Source: Massalongia carnosa (taxonomy: Eukaryota). Taken from it: a stretch of 64,000 nt of DNA. Below the pieces are notes generated by a model, which saw only the letters and a program-made list of their open reading frames with translations, had not been told where the DNA came from and made no database searches. The translations under genes were made by a program, and so were the position numbers. The number at the start of each line of letters is the position of its first letter. Within the stretch, counting starts at the first letter, position 1. Below, one piece after another: positions 25,998 to 38,197 of this stretch. Location: NCBI GenBank assembly GCA_965645245.1, contig OZ287079.1, positions 1,736,001 through 1,800,000 on the forward strand, read 5' to 3'.

Positions 25998-27254
25998 ATG
26001 GCGTGTTCCCGTGCTTCTCACCCTCGGACGGCAGAGCTTCCTGTCATTGACTTGCAAGCGCTTTTGGCTCGGGAACATCTCGAAACCGCGAGGCTGCTCG
26101 CTGCCGCCCAGGAATATGGCTTCTTCTATCTCGATCTCCGCGGGATTGCGGATAGCGAGAAGAAACTTAAGCTCATTGAGGACGTTTATGCTTTCGAGGG
26201 AAAGCTCTTTGATTCCCCCCCTGAGGAGTTGATCAAGTACGACGTGGATGTGATCGGGAACATGAAACTGAACGGGTAAGTCGGACTTCTTTGATCGATG
26301 TTGAAGTGGTCAGCTAATCCCAGAAAGTTACAAACCAAAGGGGCGAAACATTGGAGGTATGTCTCACCCGTACCGGCTTGACCCGGACACAGTTCATGCA
26401 TTCGTTTCCAGGCGTCAACGGCGGCAAAGACGGGTTTGAAAGCTATGCGGTATGATCCACAATTGGTCGTCATCTCTCCCGTGTTTGCGGACTCTAAGTC
26501 CCTTCAGGTGCCCAAAGATGGCGTTTTCGGTCTTGGAGACGATCCTTTTCTTCGACCACCGATCTTCGACCAGCATATGTCCATGTTGCGGGATTCCATT
26601 CGTTTCATGCAAGATGCTACCCTCGTCATTCACCGGAGTTTATCGGAAGCGCTCGAGTTGTCGGCCGGCGAAAGATTCGAAGACTTCCATCATGCGGATC
26701 AACCATCGCCCTGTATGCTCCGCTTGCTGAAGTATCACGCCCAACCTGCCGAGGAGCGCGGGCCACCCCAGACACCACATACCGATCTCGGGAGTTTGAC
26801 TCTCTTATTCACGAAACAACCGGGCCTCCAGGTACTCGCCACGGGCGCTCAGGATTGGCGCTACATCCTTCCCAAGGCAGGGCATGCGGTTATCAACATC
26901 GGGGATGGCATGTCGATGATGACCAACGGACTTTTGAAATCCAGTCTGCATCGCGTCGTACCGCCTCCGAATCGACCCATGGCGACGCGATACTCCTTTG
27001 CGTTTTTGCAGCGGGCCGAGGCGCATACCTCTTTGGCTGGGCTCCGCAGTCCTTTGATTCCACAGACGGAAAACCCACGTGCATCCATCACCAGTGGCGA
27101 GTGGTAAGCTGACAAAAACCCCAAGATACGCACAACGACGATACTTGAACCACACATGCTGACTCCTCGGTCGCTCAGGCTGCACCAGAAGTTTGCCATG
27201 TTGCGCGCGAAGACGCATGATACCGAGAAGGAGTGGGTCTTGACGGGTCGTTAG
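25998..27254 (+). CDS. 2-oxoglutarate/Fe(II)-dependent dioxygenase (DIOX_N + 2OG-FeII_Oxy), 5 exons, about 338 aa, intact
   Basis: Exons 25998-26275, 26328-26356, 26412-26449, 26508-27103, 27179-27254. Motifs: LPVIDL, YGFFYL, HTD...HRV metal triad, RYS 2OG-binding. Confidence 0.92.
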
Positions 27255-28487
27255 CCTGAGATGTGGTTTGCTGGTGAACGCCGTTTCCATGACGATGTGA
27301 AGGATTCATTTTCTTGTGGATGCTTTCATCGCATCCGAGCGTTGAGACTCTCCAATTAAAACTCACTATATAATGTCATATAATGAAATACTTCGCTCCA
27401 TAGCACTAATCGACATCAGATTCTACGTGCAAGCCTGTGACCGACATTTCTTTCACACTTCCACTAATCAACTTGACCTTGATCTTGATTTCATTCGTCA
27501 TCCGTTTTGCCTGACCAGTTCCTCATCTACATGATTTCAGAAGAATAGTTGATCTGATGCGGGTAAGAATCCGTAAGTCACATCTGGGCATACTTAGCTT
27601 TCCTCTCGGCTTCGTAATTTGACCTCATTCGAGTCACTCTCCCGGCAAAGACGGATAATATTCTCGCTTTTGATTCTTTGCCTCAGTATCTCAGACGTGC
27701 ACTTCCTGACTGTTGTTAATGTACATAAATAGCAGTCACATCGTCATATCTTTAGGATGCATACGCTTAATGAATTAATAATAATAATAATAGCCCTACG
27801 AGCTGTCTAAGTCCCTCTCGGTTAGCCAATTTCGCTAATCTCCTTCGGATTAGCGTCCCAGCTGACTAACGTGACTGCGTCAAAGTGCAAAACTCAATAT
27901 TTATGACGAAAAAATCATCAATACATGGATTACAATCATATCAAGTGACGAGAACGTTACAAATATGAAAATAATGAAATTGTGACGTTAATTTGCGAAG
28001 TCGTAATCGTCGTCGTCGTGATCGTTGAGTCGTATCTGACCAAAATCGGAAGTTTTGCGCTCAGACGTGCTGCAAATCAACTGCGTCGTCAGCTTGTTAA
28101 CCCGAAGGGTCCGGAAAGGGCTTAGCCGGGCACGTCTGAGATACTGAGGTACTGAGGCACTGAGGCAATTGATTCTTTCATATTGATCTGGTGACGAATC
28201 GTCGAATTGTCGAGCGTGAGATCATTCAGCGGCTGATCAATTCTTTGTAGGATCTCCATCGATGATCCCCCGCAGGAGGCGTTTGGCATGGCGGTGACCC
28301 CGGGACATCCCGTTGGCTGCAATGTTAACGTCATCAAGTCATCAATCTCATCGCCCAGCCGTGCAAGTATGAAAAGACCCAAGCTTCATTCCATCCAGAA
28401 TGCGGCAGTGTCTGTAAAAGCATTTCGTAAGAGGCAAGACGCTGGTGGCATCACGTAGACACCTTATCGACAAGCATTTCAGTGACC

Positions 28488-29863
28488 ATGGGGTCTCCAG
28501 TATTTCCGTCGTCAACAACGAGCACGACAGACTCCAGAGCCACGGACACAACCCGTACGGCGGCAGACCCGCAGTACTGGTGGAACACCAGTGGCCGTGA
28601 TGTCTTGAACCTGTTGAACGAGGCCAATTACCCAGAAGAAGTCCAGCATCAGTTTCTCGGCTACTTTCGGGACACGATTTGTCCATCGCTGGGGTCTCGA
28701 CCTAATGATACATCTGTCAAAAGCTGCGTGGGCTGGGATGGCAGTCCCTTCGAGTATAGCTATGAGTTGATGGGTTCGACCAAGAGCCCGGCCGTTCGCT
28801 TCGGCGTCGACCTTAGTCAACTCCGTCCCGCAAACCCGGTGAACCCGTTGAGCACGGCGGCCGCGCAGACCGTAGTGGACTCGATAGCGGAGAGAGCCTC
28901 CGAGTTCGATGTGACCTGGTACCACGCGCTGAAACGATGGTTCGACCAGTCGCATCGTCCCACGAGCGAACAACAAGCCCTGATCGCCCAGGCAGGACAT
29001 CAATCGACGGTGATGGTGGGTTTCGACATCTCGCCGCGCGCTTCGTCTTCTGGGGGGCTCCCCATCATGGGCAAAGTTTATTTCCCTCCATGCTTTACGG
29101 CCGCGGCCATGGGGGTCACCCGGTGGCAGTCCACCCGTTTGGCGATTCGACAACTCCCGGACATTGACGAGCATCCGAATATTCTTCGGTCCCTGGGTTG
29201 CATCGAGGACTACATGTCTGGCAAACCCAAAGACTGGGAAAACGGCGCGCGGTACTTGGCCACCGATTTCGTTGCTCCCGGCAAGGCGCGCTTGAAAATA
29301 TATATGCGCCATCCCGAACCGTCCTGGGACGACATATGGGATTATTATACCCTGGGAGGACGGATCCCGGGACTCGAAAACGACAAGCAGCAGTGTCTTG
29401 ACTTGATGGACCTGATGAGCGGTTCCAGCTACGATGCCGAGATCGGGAAACGACGGGAGCCTGATATCTCGCCGTACACGCCTCGTCGAAAGACGACGGT
29501 CATTGTCTTCTCGCTTTCGGCAGCGAGCCCATATCCTACGCCAAAGCTCGGCATCTACCCTGCCAACTTTGCACCGAACGACGAGGTCATCGCGCGGGGG
29601 TTGGATGAATGGTCCAGGCGGTACGGATGGTACGATGGGGGGAAGACTATTGAGGAGCGAGTAAAAAGTGTCTTGTACGTGTTGACCGCGGATTGGGTTC
29701 GTTCACGTTACTAACAATGGAAACGCGCAGCACGCATCGAACACTGGATGCGGAAACGGGGATCTTCACCTTCATCGGCATTGGGAGGAAGGAGGATGCT
29801 AACAAGAAGGGTCTGAGCATGCAGGTGTACATGACCCCGGAGTTGTACAAAACACCGCGCTGA
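28488..29863 (+). CDS. DMATS-superfamily (ABBA) aromatic prenyltransferase, 2 exons, about 439 aa, intact
   Basis: Exons 28488-29674 and 29731-29863 (GTACGT...TACTAAC...CAG). YWW start, DGSPFEYS, VRF, KVYF, RLKIY, YTLGGR and terminal QVY correspond to the diphosphate-binding R/K/Y positions of DMATS enzymes. Confidence 0.92.
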
Positions 29864-31704
29864 GTTACATCGTGCGTGCAAGTGCTATCGAAAATAACCC
29901 CCGCATAACAGTAGGGCCACACACGTCCAACGTCTGATTCCATATTCTACTATATGCTTGATATTGTTTCGTACAACTAGCTCCACATGATCAAATGCAG
30001 ACTCACAACATTCATACTACCCCTGCTGATGATGAATGTCGGATGATCTGTGCACAAACCCCGACTTCAACCACGATGACTTTAAACCCAGATTCCAACT
30101 CAACTACACGTCCTCATTCATTGAGGCGACCGGGCCACGACAATTCCTCTATTGATACCTTCTTCGAACCCCAAGTTCTCCCTCCCTTTCTTCACGAACG
30201 AACATCCGATAAACGATCTTCGAGAAACGGCTCCCGAACTGCGAAAATTCGCGACAAAAAACCCATATCCGGAACCTTCCGCTTGCGTTGACCCAGTCAC
30301 TGTTTTTTTTTTTGGTGGGGAGGGGGATCTGTACACACATCGACCGACTGACTGACCAGCGTTAAAAAGGCTGCCGCTGTTTTTCTTTCTTGACCGATGC
30401 CGTGAACCACTAGACGAGTGAGGAGGAGGAGCGAGAATGAAGATTTTCACGGTTGTGTCCGTTGATAAAATCTGTTTGCAAGTTTATCTGTTTGTTTGTT
30501 TATTTCTTTAACTTTTTATATTCGCGGTCAAACAAATAATCAAACAATTCCATCAACTTTATAGACTACAATATCTACCGTCCCTCTTCTTCTTCTTCTT
30601 CTCTCCTCGCTTTCTTCATTCCCGTGCTAATTGTTTTCACCCCGAAAATAAAACCACCTAAAAATACTATCGGAAAGAAACCCTTCCCCTCCTCCCCTCC
30701 TCTCTCCTCAGAATTGAGTATAACTATTAAATATGTGTAGACGTAAATATGGCAGGAGGGGGGGATATTTTCAGGGAAATTAGAAAAGGGCAGATAGGTC
30801 GGTGTGAGGTTTTTATTTTATGATACGTTGATTCGTTGGCTGGGGGGTCTCGATGGAGAGCGGGGAGGATCTCGATAGCGAATGAGGGAGGGGGGGGAGG
30901 GGGTGTTCCTTGGTGATGGGTGGAGGAATTAGATATGGGTGAGGGGGGGACAGAGGAATAGGGGTATGCCGCTGCCACTTTTCGCGGAGTCGATTCGGGA
31001 TATTCGATGTTGAGTTTTTCGACGAGATCTTTTGCGAGAGTTTCATGAACACAGGAAGCTTTCGTCAGTCATCCTCGACTGCTTGATTTTTGATTTTTGT
31101 TGTGGATTCCCTTTTCCGCCGGGCGCGATTTTCTTCCATTCGTGTCAGACGCGCATAATAACGGATTACCGATTTCGGAAATATCATAACGAGTTTTAAT
31201 GTCGTCATTCATGAGTAAAACTTGTCAAGTGAATATAATCAAGTAATCCACGAGACGGACGCGAAATCCAAAAAAAAACTAGTGCTTATCTCAGAATCCT
31301 TTTTCGCTGACACGTTTGTGGGCCCGATCGCTGCTGGTAGAAAGAAGAAAAGATAGAAGGGTTGCATTCGGGCTTCTATAACGAAAATGCCTGCAGTGAC
31401 TCGTGGTTGATGTTCCTCGCGTCGAGAACAAGTCCGAGAGGCGACATGATTTCGCTAATTGTTTAATTGGTAGGTCAACAAGTAGATTCTTTGACTGCTC
31501 GGGTACGGGTTTAATGGATTTTTTTGTTAGGAGCAGAAGATTTATAGACGGGAAATATGAAATTAAAGAAAGTTTAAGAATTATATTTCTTTAATAATAT
31601 TATGTTATTATATTATTTAATTGTTAAACGTCGAGGTTCGAAATATGAATTTGATATCGTTAATTAAATTATATTAAAAGAGAAATTAATCGACTCATAG
31701 AAAT

Positions 31705-32466
31705 TGTTGAAATAGGTATATAACTATGGCTATATGGCTATGTAATAATAAAGGTAGGTATGACCGTGATATTAAGGATGAAGAGTTGCTAGGCAGCAAT
31801 CTTCTCCTATTACTGGTCACCTGTAATAGGGTAGGCCAAGTATGCGTTCGTTGAACGTAAGACTGGCCTATGTAGCTATGTGGGATACGTACAGCCAAAA
31901 TAACCACTAAGACAATAAGGTCCCGCCTAACCCAGTTAGGCATAGTATGGAGACTTAACTTATTATGGAGGTGTTTTCGTAGTACACGAAGTATCCCCTC
32001 GCCTCGCCTCACCTCCCCTAGCTCGCCTGCCTAGTCTTATCCACCCGAGTGTTTCGGTGTCCGAAGTATTTCGGAGTCCGAAAATACCAGGTAGTATGGG
32101 CAAGGTATAGAAGAAAGCGTAGGTTGTGGATTGTCCTATCCTATATAGATCAATGATCAAACAATTCAAAAGGGTAGCATTTAGTCTACCCTTTGACCCG
32201 ACCCTACCTATTTGTACCTCTATTGTGACTATCACGTTGTGTAGCCCCTGTGGATCCCGTCTTCCAGTAGTGAATGCCTGCTGGGAGAAGGTCTCCCCGT
32301 TTCATCACCCCCTTCTAAGCGAGGTGATCTTATCTTATCTTGGGACTAAGCCTAATGCGGCATCTACGGTTTCCGTAGATGATCTATCCATCTAGGGCAG
32401 CCGTAGGTGCTATGTTCATCGTACTGATAGGTGTTCATTGTGCTGGTAGGAATTGGATATTCAACA
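31705..32466. mobile_element. Solo LTR (TGTTGA...TCAACA) with 5-bp TSD, carrying a nested LTR
   Basis: GAAAT at 31700-31704 and 32467-32471; related to the solo LTR at 55218. Confidence 0.85.
31822..32304. mobile_element. Nested solo LTR, 483 bp
   Basis: TGTAA...TTTCA flanked by TCACC at 31817-31821 and 32305-32309. Confidence 0.8.
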
Positions 32467-32585
32467 GAAATACAATATCGATTTCTTTTGTATATATATA
32501 TTTTTTGAAGACTTTATTAATAATTTATTATTCTTTGTTGTAGAAGAATTCAAGACAATTGATATATATAATTAGAGTACTTATT

Positions 32586-34224
32586 TGTAATACGGATGGC
32601 GCTAGGGGGATACGTGATCGCCTAGGGCGGTTGCGGGATTAACTAGCATTGTAACGGTTCGACCAAGCGTGGTGCGGACGGCAGGACCTACAGCAAACAT
32701 AGCAGGAGACCCAGTTATAGTAGAATAGAGCTTGGTCTGCGGACTAAGTATTGTGCCTTTTGGTCGGGAAGGACAGGTGGCGCAATGGTAGAAATCTATT
32801 CACTATCTCGCTTCGTCACAGAATACTTAGTCATCAATCGGTGTACTAGTCGTGAGTTCGATTCCTGACCTGAGTTCCTCGCTTTTTCGCCTTGCTTCGA
32901 CGGACTGAAGCTAGGACGAAACGGGAAAGCGTTGGATGAAAACTCTCTAAGTCGGATCGGCGAGGGCGGTACGCTAAGAAGAGCCCATTCTTCGGGGCTA
33001 ACTATAACTGGAAGCGGCTAGGGGCTAGCCGCAGCTAGACGGGCGGTAGTGTAACGGTTCGACCAAGCGTGGTGCGGACGGCAGGACCTACAGCAAACAT
33101 AGCAGGAGACCCAGTTATAGTAGAATAGAGCTTGGTCTGCGGACTAAGTATTGTGCCTTTTGGTCGGGAAGGACAGGTGGCGCAATGGTAGAAATCTATT
33201 CACTATCTCGCTTCGTCACAAGCATGAGCCAAGCCGTAGTACGAAGTCGCATAGCCGTCGAGGTTGCCACATCGCCACCTTGACACATCGCTATCTTGCC
33301 ACAACGCCTCCTTGCCACACAACTTCGGATTAGTTGTTACTACGTTCTAGACTGCTTACAGATCAAACACCTGTCGAGGCCGTGGTGGTAGATTGCCATG
33401 GAGTGTAAGGCGAACTCCTGTGGAGACTAGCCGTGAACTCTATATGGAATCTACTGGCCTACTCGGAGCTACTCGATCTCTTGATTGATCAAGAGTTGTA
33501 GCAGGAGGCACGGCTAGCTGGACGCAGCTTGAGCTCGGCCTCCCCGGTGTAAACTTCAGCTTCCACCTTTATTGCTACGTTGGTAGTGATGTCGGCTGAA
33601 TGAACCTACATGACCTTGTGGTCTAGACCTTGTGTCTAGAGGCAGGTCCGCAGTGTAGACAGAGATTCAGTCGGAGGTAACCTTCCATCGCTACGTTGGT
33701 AGTGGTGACGGCGAAATGAAGCTACGTAGCCTCGGCGTCTAGACTTTATGTTTAGAGGCGGGCTAGCAATGTGGCGAGGGATCTAGCCGGAGGTAGAAGT
33801 GTTCTACCTTGCAAGGGAAGGTCTAGAAGGCTGCTCGAGGCTGACTAGATGATCCAGCGAACGCCGAGTTCGTAGATGGATCCTGAGGGATGGTTAGATG
33901 TAAGGCGATAAGGTCAGATGTGGGTTGCAAGGCTCCTAAGGTTCCAAGGCTCCCAAGGCTATAGGCTTGGGGTGAGTAGGATAAATACCAGAACGAATCC
34001 TGTTGTATTCGTTAGCAATTAGTCTTTATTCTATGAACAACCTACGTTTGGGTCTCGGACGAGATCTCTTGGTCTAAGCACTTTCACATCCATTAGTTCT
34101 TTGGATCACGTATACTCTTGGAGACCAGCACGTAGTAGCTATCTTCCACCTCTCACGCTGAGCATTTCCCCTTTCGAGATCAGTGTCGCTCGTGATAAGC
34201 TTACTGGTCTCGTACCCCATTACA
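32586..34224. mobile_element. Long solo LTR (about 1.06 kb without insert) hosting the TRIM
   Basis: TGTAAT...ATTACA inverted ends; TTATT at 32581-32585 and 34225-34229; diverged internal duplication of about 116 bp near 33575-33795. Confidence 0.8.
32650..33220 (+). mobile_element. TRIM / miniature non-autonomous LTR retrotransposon, 571 bp
   Basis: Identical 171-bp LTRs 32650-32820 and 33050-33220 (TG...CA); AGCAT TSD; 229-bp non-coding interior; purine tract AGACGGGCGGTAG before the 3' LTR. Confidence 0.95.
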
Positions 34225-34260
34225 TTATTAATAACGATAAATTTATACATAAGGTATTTA

Positions 34261-35963
34261 CGAAGGATGACGCTGAAAGTCCTTGCTAACGCTAAATATG
34301 CAGCTAAAAAAGCCACTTTACATGGGTATATTTGCATGGATAGATATTTATTACATATTAATCAATCGAATAATCGCATGAAGCTATTTAGAGTTACCAC
34401 CTCTATCATCTTTATCACTCACATTTATCGCTGTCAGTGCTTTCTTTGAGATGAGCGCGATGATATCGAACACGGCGATCTTCTTTATTATACGGTCGTA
34501 CGACTCCGATCTCTCTACCTTCTCTATACTCGTTACCTCCGTCCAAAAATATCACCTCGTCAACATGTCGCTTTATACGTTCAATCCAGGACTGAATTCT
34601 TTTCTGCGTCAACTCCTCCGTCCAGCACTTTGTCCAGGCCTTTTCAGCCTCAATACGAGTCCGCGGAGCACCTAATCGAGTGGTTCTTCGCTTCATCTAG
34701 AACCAACAAGGCTCGATCATGTTCAGATCAGGAGAATTTCCAGGCCACAACAGACGCATGACGTTGAAATCCATAAAGATCAGATTTTTATGTTTGGATG
34801 CGTGACTGGGGGCCTTGTCTTCCTGTACGATAGTGTTTGGTCGATCTATCATATATTCTTTTGCAAACGGAAGAAGCTTAGGAATTAAGACGAGTTTTTG
34901 ATAACGATACCAGTCCACACCTCCCTTGCCATCTCGAACGACTTCACCGTGTGTTTTATCCCATTTCCAGATAGGTTTTCGACCTCCTGGATTACGTAGC
35001 TTCATTCGTCTCATGCTTATTTCTAACTCCCAATTCTCTTTAGCTTCTGATTCTAAAGTCTCATTGAGTTTATCTAACTCAATTTGAGCCTCTCTTTTCT
35101 CTTTTACAGTCTCTGTTTTCCAGATATGAAAAGGTCCTTTCTTATCGTACGAAAAACATCCCCAAAACAAAAACTCGGAGCATCCTTTCCATCTACGTCG
35201 AATACAAGTTTTAGCATACATTTCTTTCGAGGTACGCCACTGAAGTCTTCTTCCACGTCTAGAACCCAATATAATGCTTGTTTCGTCAGTCCATATAACG
35301 TTCTTCCAATCATCAATAGTCCAGTGCTGATATCGCAATCAAAATTGCAGACGAGCCTCTTTCATGATCGAATCTAGACCTGGCTTTTTCGTGCTTTTAC
35401 AGGGGCGAAACCCATTCTGTTTAAGCGTACGAAGTATAGTAGTGGAGGAGAATTTATGATCAAAGCTAATCATAGCTGATGATTTTTCTCTGCTATTACG
35501 ATCTTGCACTACATTATTCAATATAGCCTGCTCTACCTCCGGTGTAACCTTTTTAGGTCGTCCTGAACGAGGTGCATCTTCTATGTATTCTACTTTTAAA
35601 ACACGAGATACAACTGGATCAAATTCACGCTGTCGTGCTTTGATTTTGAGAGCTGAAATCGATCTTGTGGAGACTCCAGTCACTTCTTGCACGATTTTCG
35701 CCTCAATTCCGTGTTCTACAAGCGCTAAAGCCTGTATTCTTTGTGCAACCATGAGACTATTGCTCTGTGCATTGGGCATGATTATGATGATGATTAAAAC
35801 CTTCTACTGAATATCAGATATAGTAGTACTGTCTTTTTGACGAAGAGAACAGAAGCAATTCGAGATTTTCTAGACTATTTTAGTACTGTATTCCCCTTGT
35901 AAGCTAATAAACACTAATGCACGTCTCCTGTACGCTAGCAAGGACTTTCAGTGTCATCCTTCG
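34261..35963 (-). mobile_element. Full-length Tc1-like DD34E transposon; transposase has two in-frame stops
   Basis: TIRs of about 31 bp CGAAGGATGACRCTGAAAGTCCTTGCTARCG with TA on both sides. ORF 35779-34415 with WTDET, QEDKAPSH, SPDLNMIE (34 residues between D and E); stops at 35339-35341 and 34697-34699. Confidence 0.93.
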
Positions 35964-36417
35964 TAGTTGAATTTATAATGATTTTTATTTTTCTAAAAAT
36001 TTAATCGGCAATTTTTTGTCTTAATTATCTATATATCTAGTCTCAATGATAATAAAAAAAGCTAACCTAGAACCCATATGATGATCCGAACTAAACCCGT
36101 CGCGCGACGAAGAAGGATTTGAATGTCTAAGAGTGCATGAAATGCTCTTAGTCAGGTATATGTAGATCCATTCTGATGTGAGCATGCACGCTGCAGTGAG
36201 CTGCATCATTTTCTTACCTACCTAGACTTACAGTGCACCTGCACTGTCTGCCTATGACCAAGCGGACAAGTTGAATAGAAATGGATGGAAAGCGCTCGTC
36301 AGCTCAATTGGTCAGCATAAATACTATGCTTTGTGCTGATGCAGATATTATTTTCAGCACAATCACTTCTAGCCCATCGTTCAAGCTCAACGCTCACTGA
36401 TTGCCAAGTCCAACATT

Positions 36418-37412
36418 ATGGATCCAAATGCCTTCACCATTCCTTTCCAGCTCACCAAGAGCCTTCGACGGGACGTGTACACAGCAATTGACCCAACGAA
36501 CCCGGCATTAAAGGCAACTGGCAAGACGATTCTTATCACGGGCGCATCAGGTGGTCTTGGCGGGGTATGTTCTTCAACATGTGCAAGTCAGCTCCTAACG
36601 GGTCCTTCAGGAGATCGCCAGAGCCTGGGCCCAAGCCGGCGCGAAGGGAATCGTTCTTTCCGGTCGCAAGGCCTCTCTGCTCGAAGAACCTGCCGCTGCA
36701 ATCAAGTCCATCAGCAGCACCACCAAAGTCCTCGCTGTGACTGGGGACATCACCTCTGAATCGGACGTCAAGGCTCTGTTCGACAAGGCCGGAGCGGAGT
36801 TTGGCAAAGTCGATGTCGTTGCCCACGCTGCCGCAACGATGACGGACGGACTGATTGGAGAGCTGGAGCCGAACGCGTGGTTCAATGACTACGAAGTTAA
36901 TGTCAAAGGCACCTACATTCTTATACACTACTTCCTCCGCGCGGGAGGTGACGAGGGAACCTTCGTCAACCTCGTCAGCTTGGGCGCAGCTTTCACCAAA
37001 CCGGGTATTAGCGCTTACTCCGGCAGCAAGCTGGCTTCGATTAAACTTGGTGAATACCTCGCCGCCGGTAAGCCGTGGTCTCCTATGATACCGCCTAGCT
37101 AATCCTAGCAAAGAAAAGCCAAACTTCCGTGTGTTCAACGTCCATCCAGGTATTGTCGGTGTGACGAGCACCAACCGCGGTGCGGTGGTCGACTTCATGA
37201 CCCCATTTGCCATTGATAAGGGTATTCAAACCGGTGGTGTCTCGCTGTACCTCGCGACCCCAAAAGCCGATTATCTAAATGGTAGCTTTATCAGTGTGAA
37301 CTGGGATCTCGACGAGATGGAGGCCCACAAGCAGGAGATTGTCGACAAGAACCTGCTGAAGCTCGGGTTCCTAGGCGCAAAGTTGGGGCCAGAGGGATAC
37401 TCTTGGTCATGA
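36418..37412 (+). CDS. Short-chain dehydrogenase/reductase, 3 exons, about 300 aa, intact
   Basis: Exons 36418-36564, 36611-37067, 37114-37412. Motifs: TGASGGLG, YSGSK (YxxxK), VHPG. Confidence 0.92.
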
Positions 37413-38197
37413 ACCACTAATGGATGAGAATCTCAAGAGATAATACGTAGAACGGACGGTTATGATGACAAGAATAATGCCAAATTAAGAGGCAGTCCTT
37501 TGTCATCACGATTCGAACCTCTCGAAGTAACTTTCGGCTCTCCGAGGAGGAAAGTGCCATGTATGTAGGCATAAAGCATAGTAGAATTTAAAAGCAGAAG
37601 GCATTCTTTTGATTTTAAATTGTCGTGCACAGAACGTGAAAGTTGTCAAACAGAATGAGCGAATGCTTAGTGCACATAAAAGATTGATGCCGCGGGCATG
37701 ATTATTCGTCAAGTCGACTTCTACCTCAAGCAGCTTTAGAAACACGTCATGAATACTCAGAGAAGTTGAACCATGAGTTCTATTTGATGGACTTGATGAA
37801 ATGCTGATTGTTTCAACTGTGAGAGCAACAGGCGGAATGATAGACTGGGTAACTGATGTAACTCGTTCATCAAACGAGCTTTGCACATGCAAAATAGATT
37901 GAGAGAAACGATTGACTATCTAATCACTAGGTAGGGTAAAACTGCTCGTATTTATGCCTATTCATCAGTTATTTCAGAAGTCTTCATTCTTATTTCTTCG
38001 ATCATTGCCCCCGATGCAATTTCGGATTTCATACAATTTTGTCATCGGTGCAGACTTTATTGTCGAACTAGATATAAAATTCTTTGTTAGTTGATTTCAA
38101 CATTCAACGATGATTGTTCGTTTTAATATTTTCACTTGAAACATAATGAATGAATTTCTCTTTTAATCGAAAAGAAAATAATAACAAATAAAATCGT

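Noticed and set aside
28512..29312. 266-aa antisense ORF and similar shadow ORFs over genes and transposons
   Set aside because: They overlap well-supported genes on the other strand in GC-rich sequence and show no motifs.
30000..31600. Short ORFs and purine/pyrimidine runs downstream of the DMATS gene
   Set aside because: Low complexity with no consistent exon structure or element boundaries that I could support.
32835..32870. tRNA or SINE suggested by the B-box-like GTTCGATTCC
   Set aside because: No cloverleaf and no convincing A box; the same bases fit the hammerhead-like stem I better.
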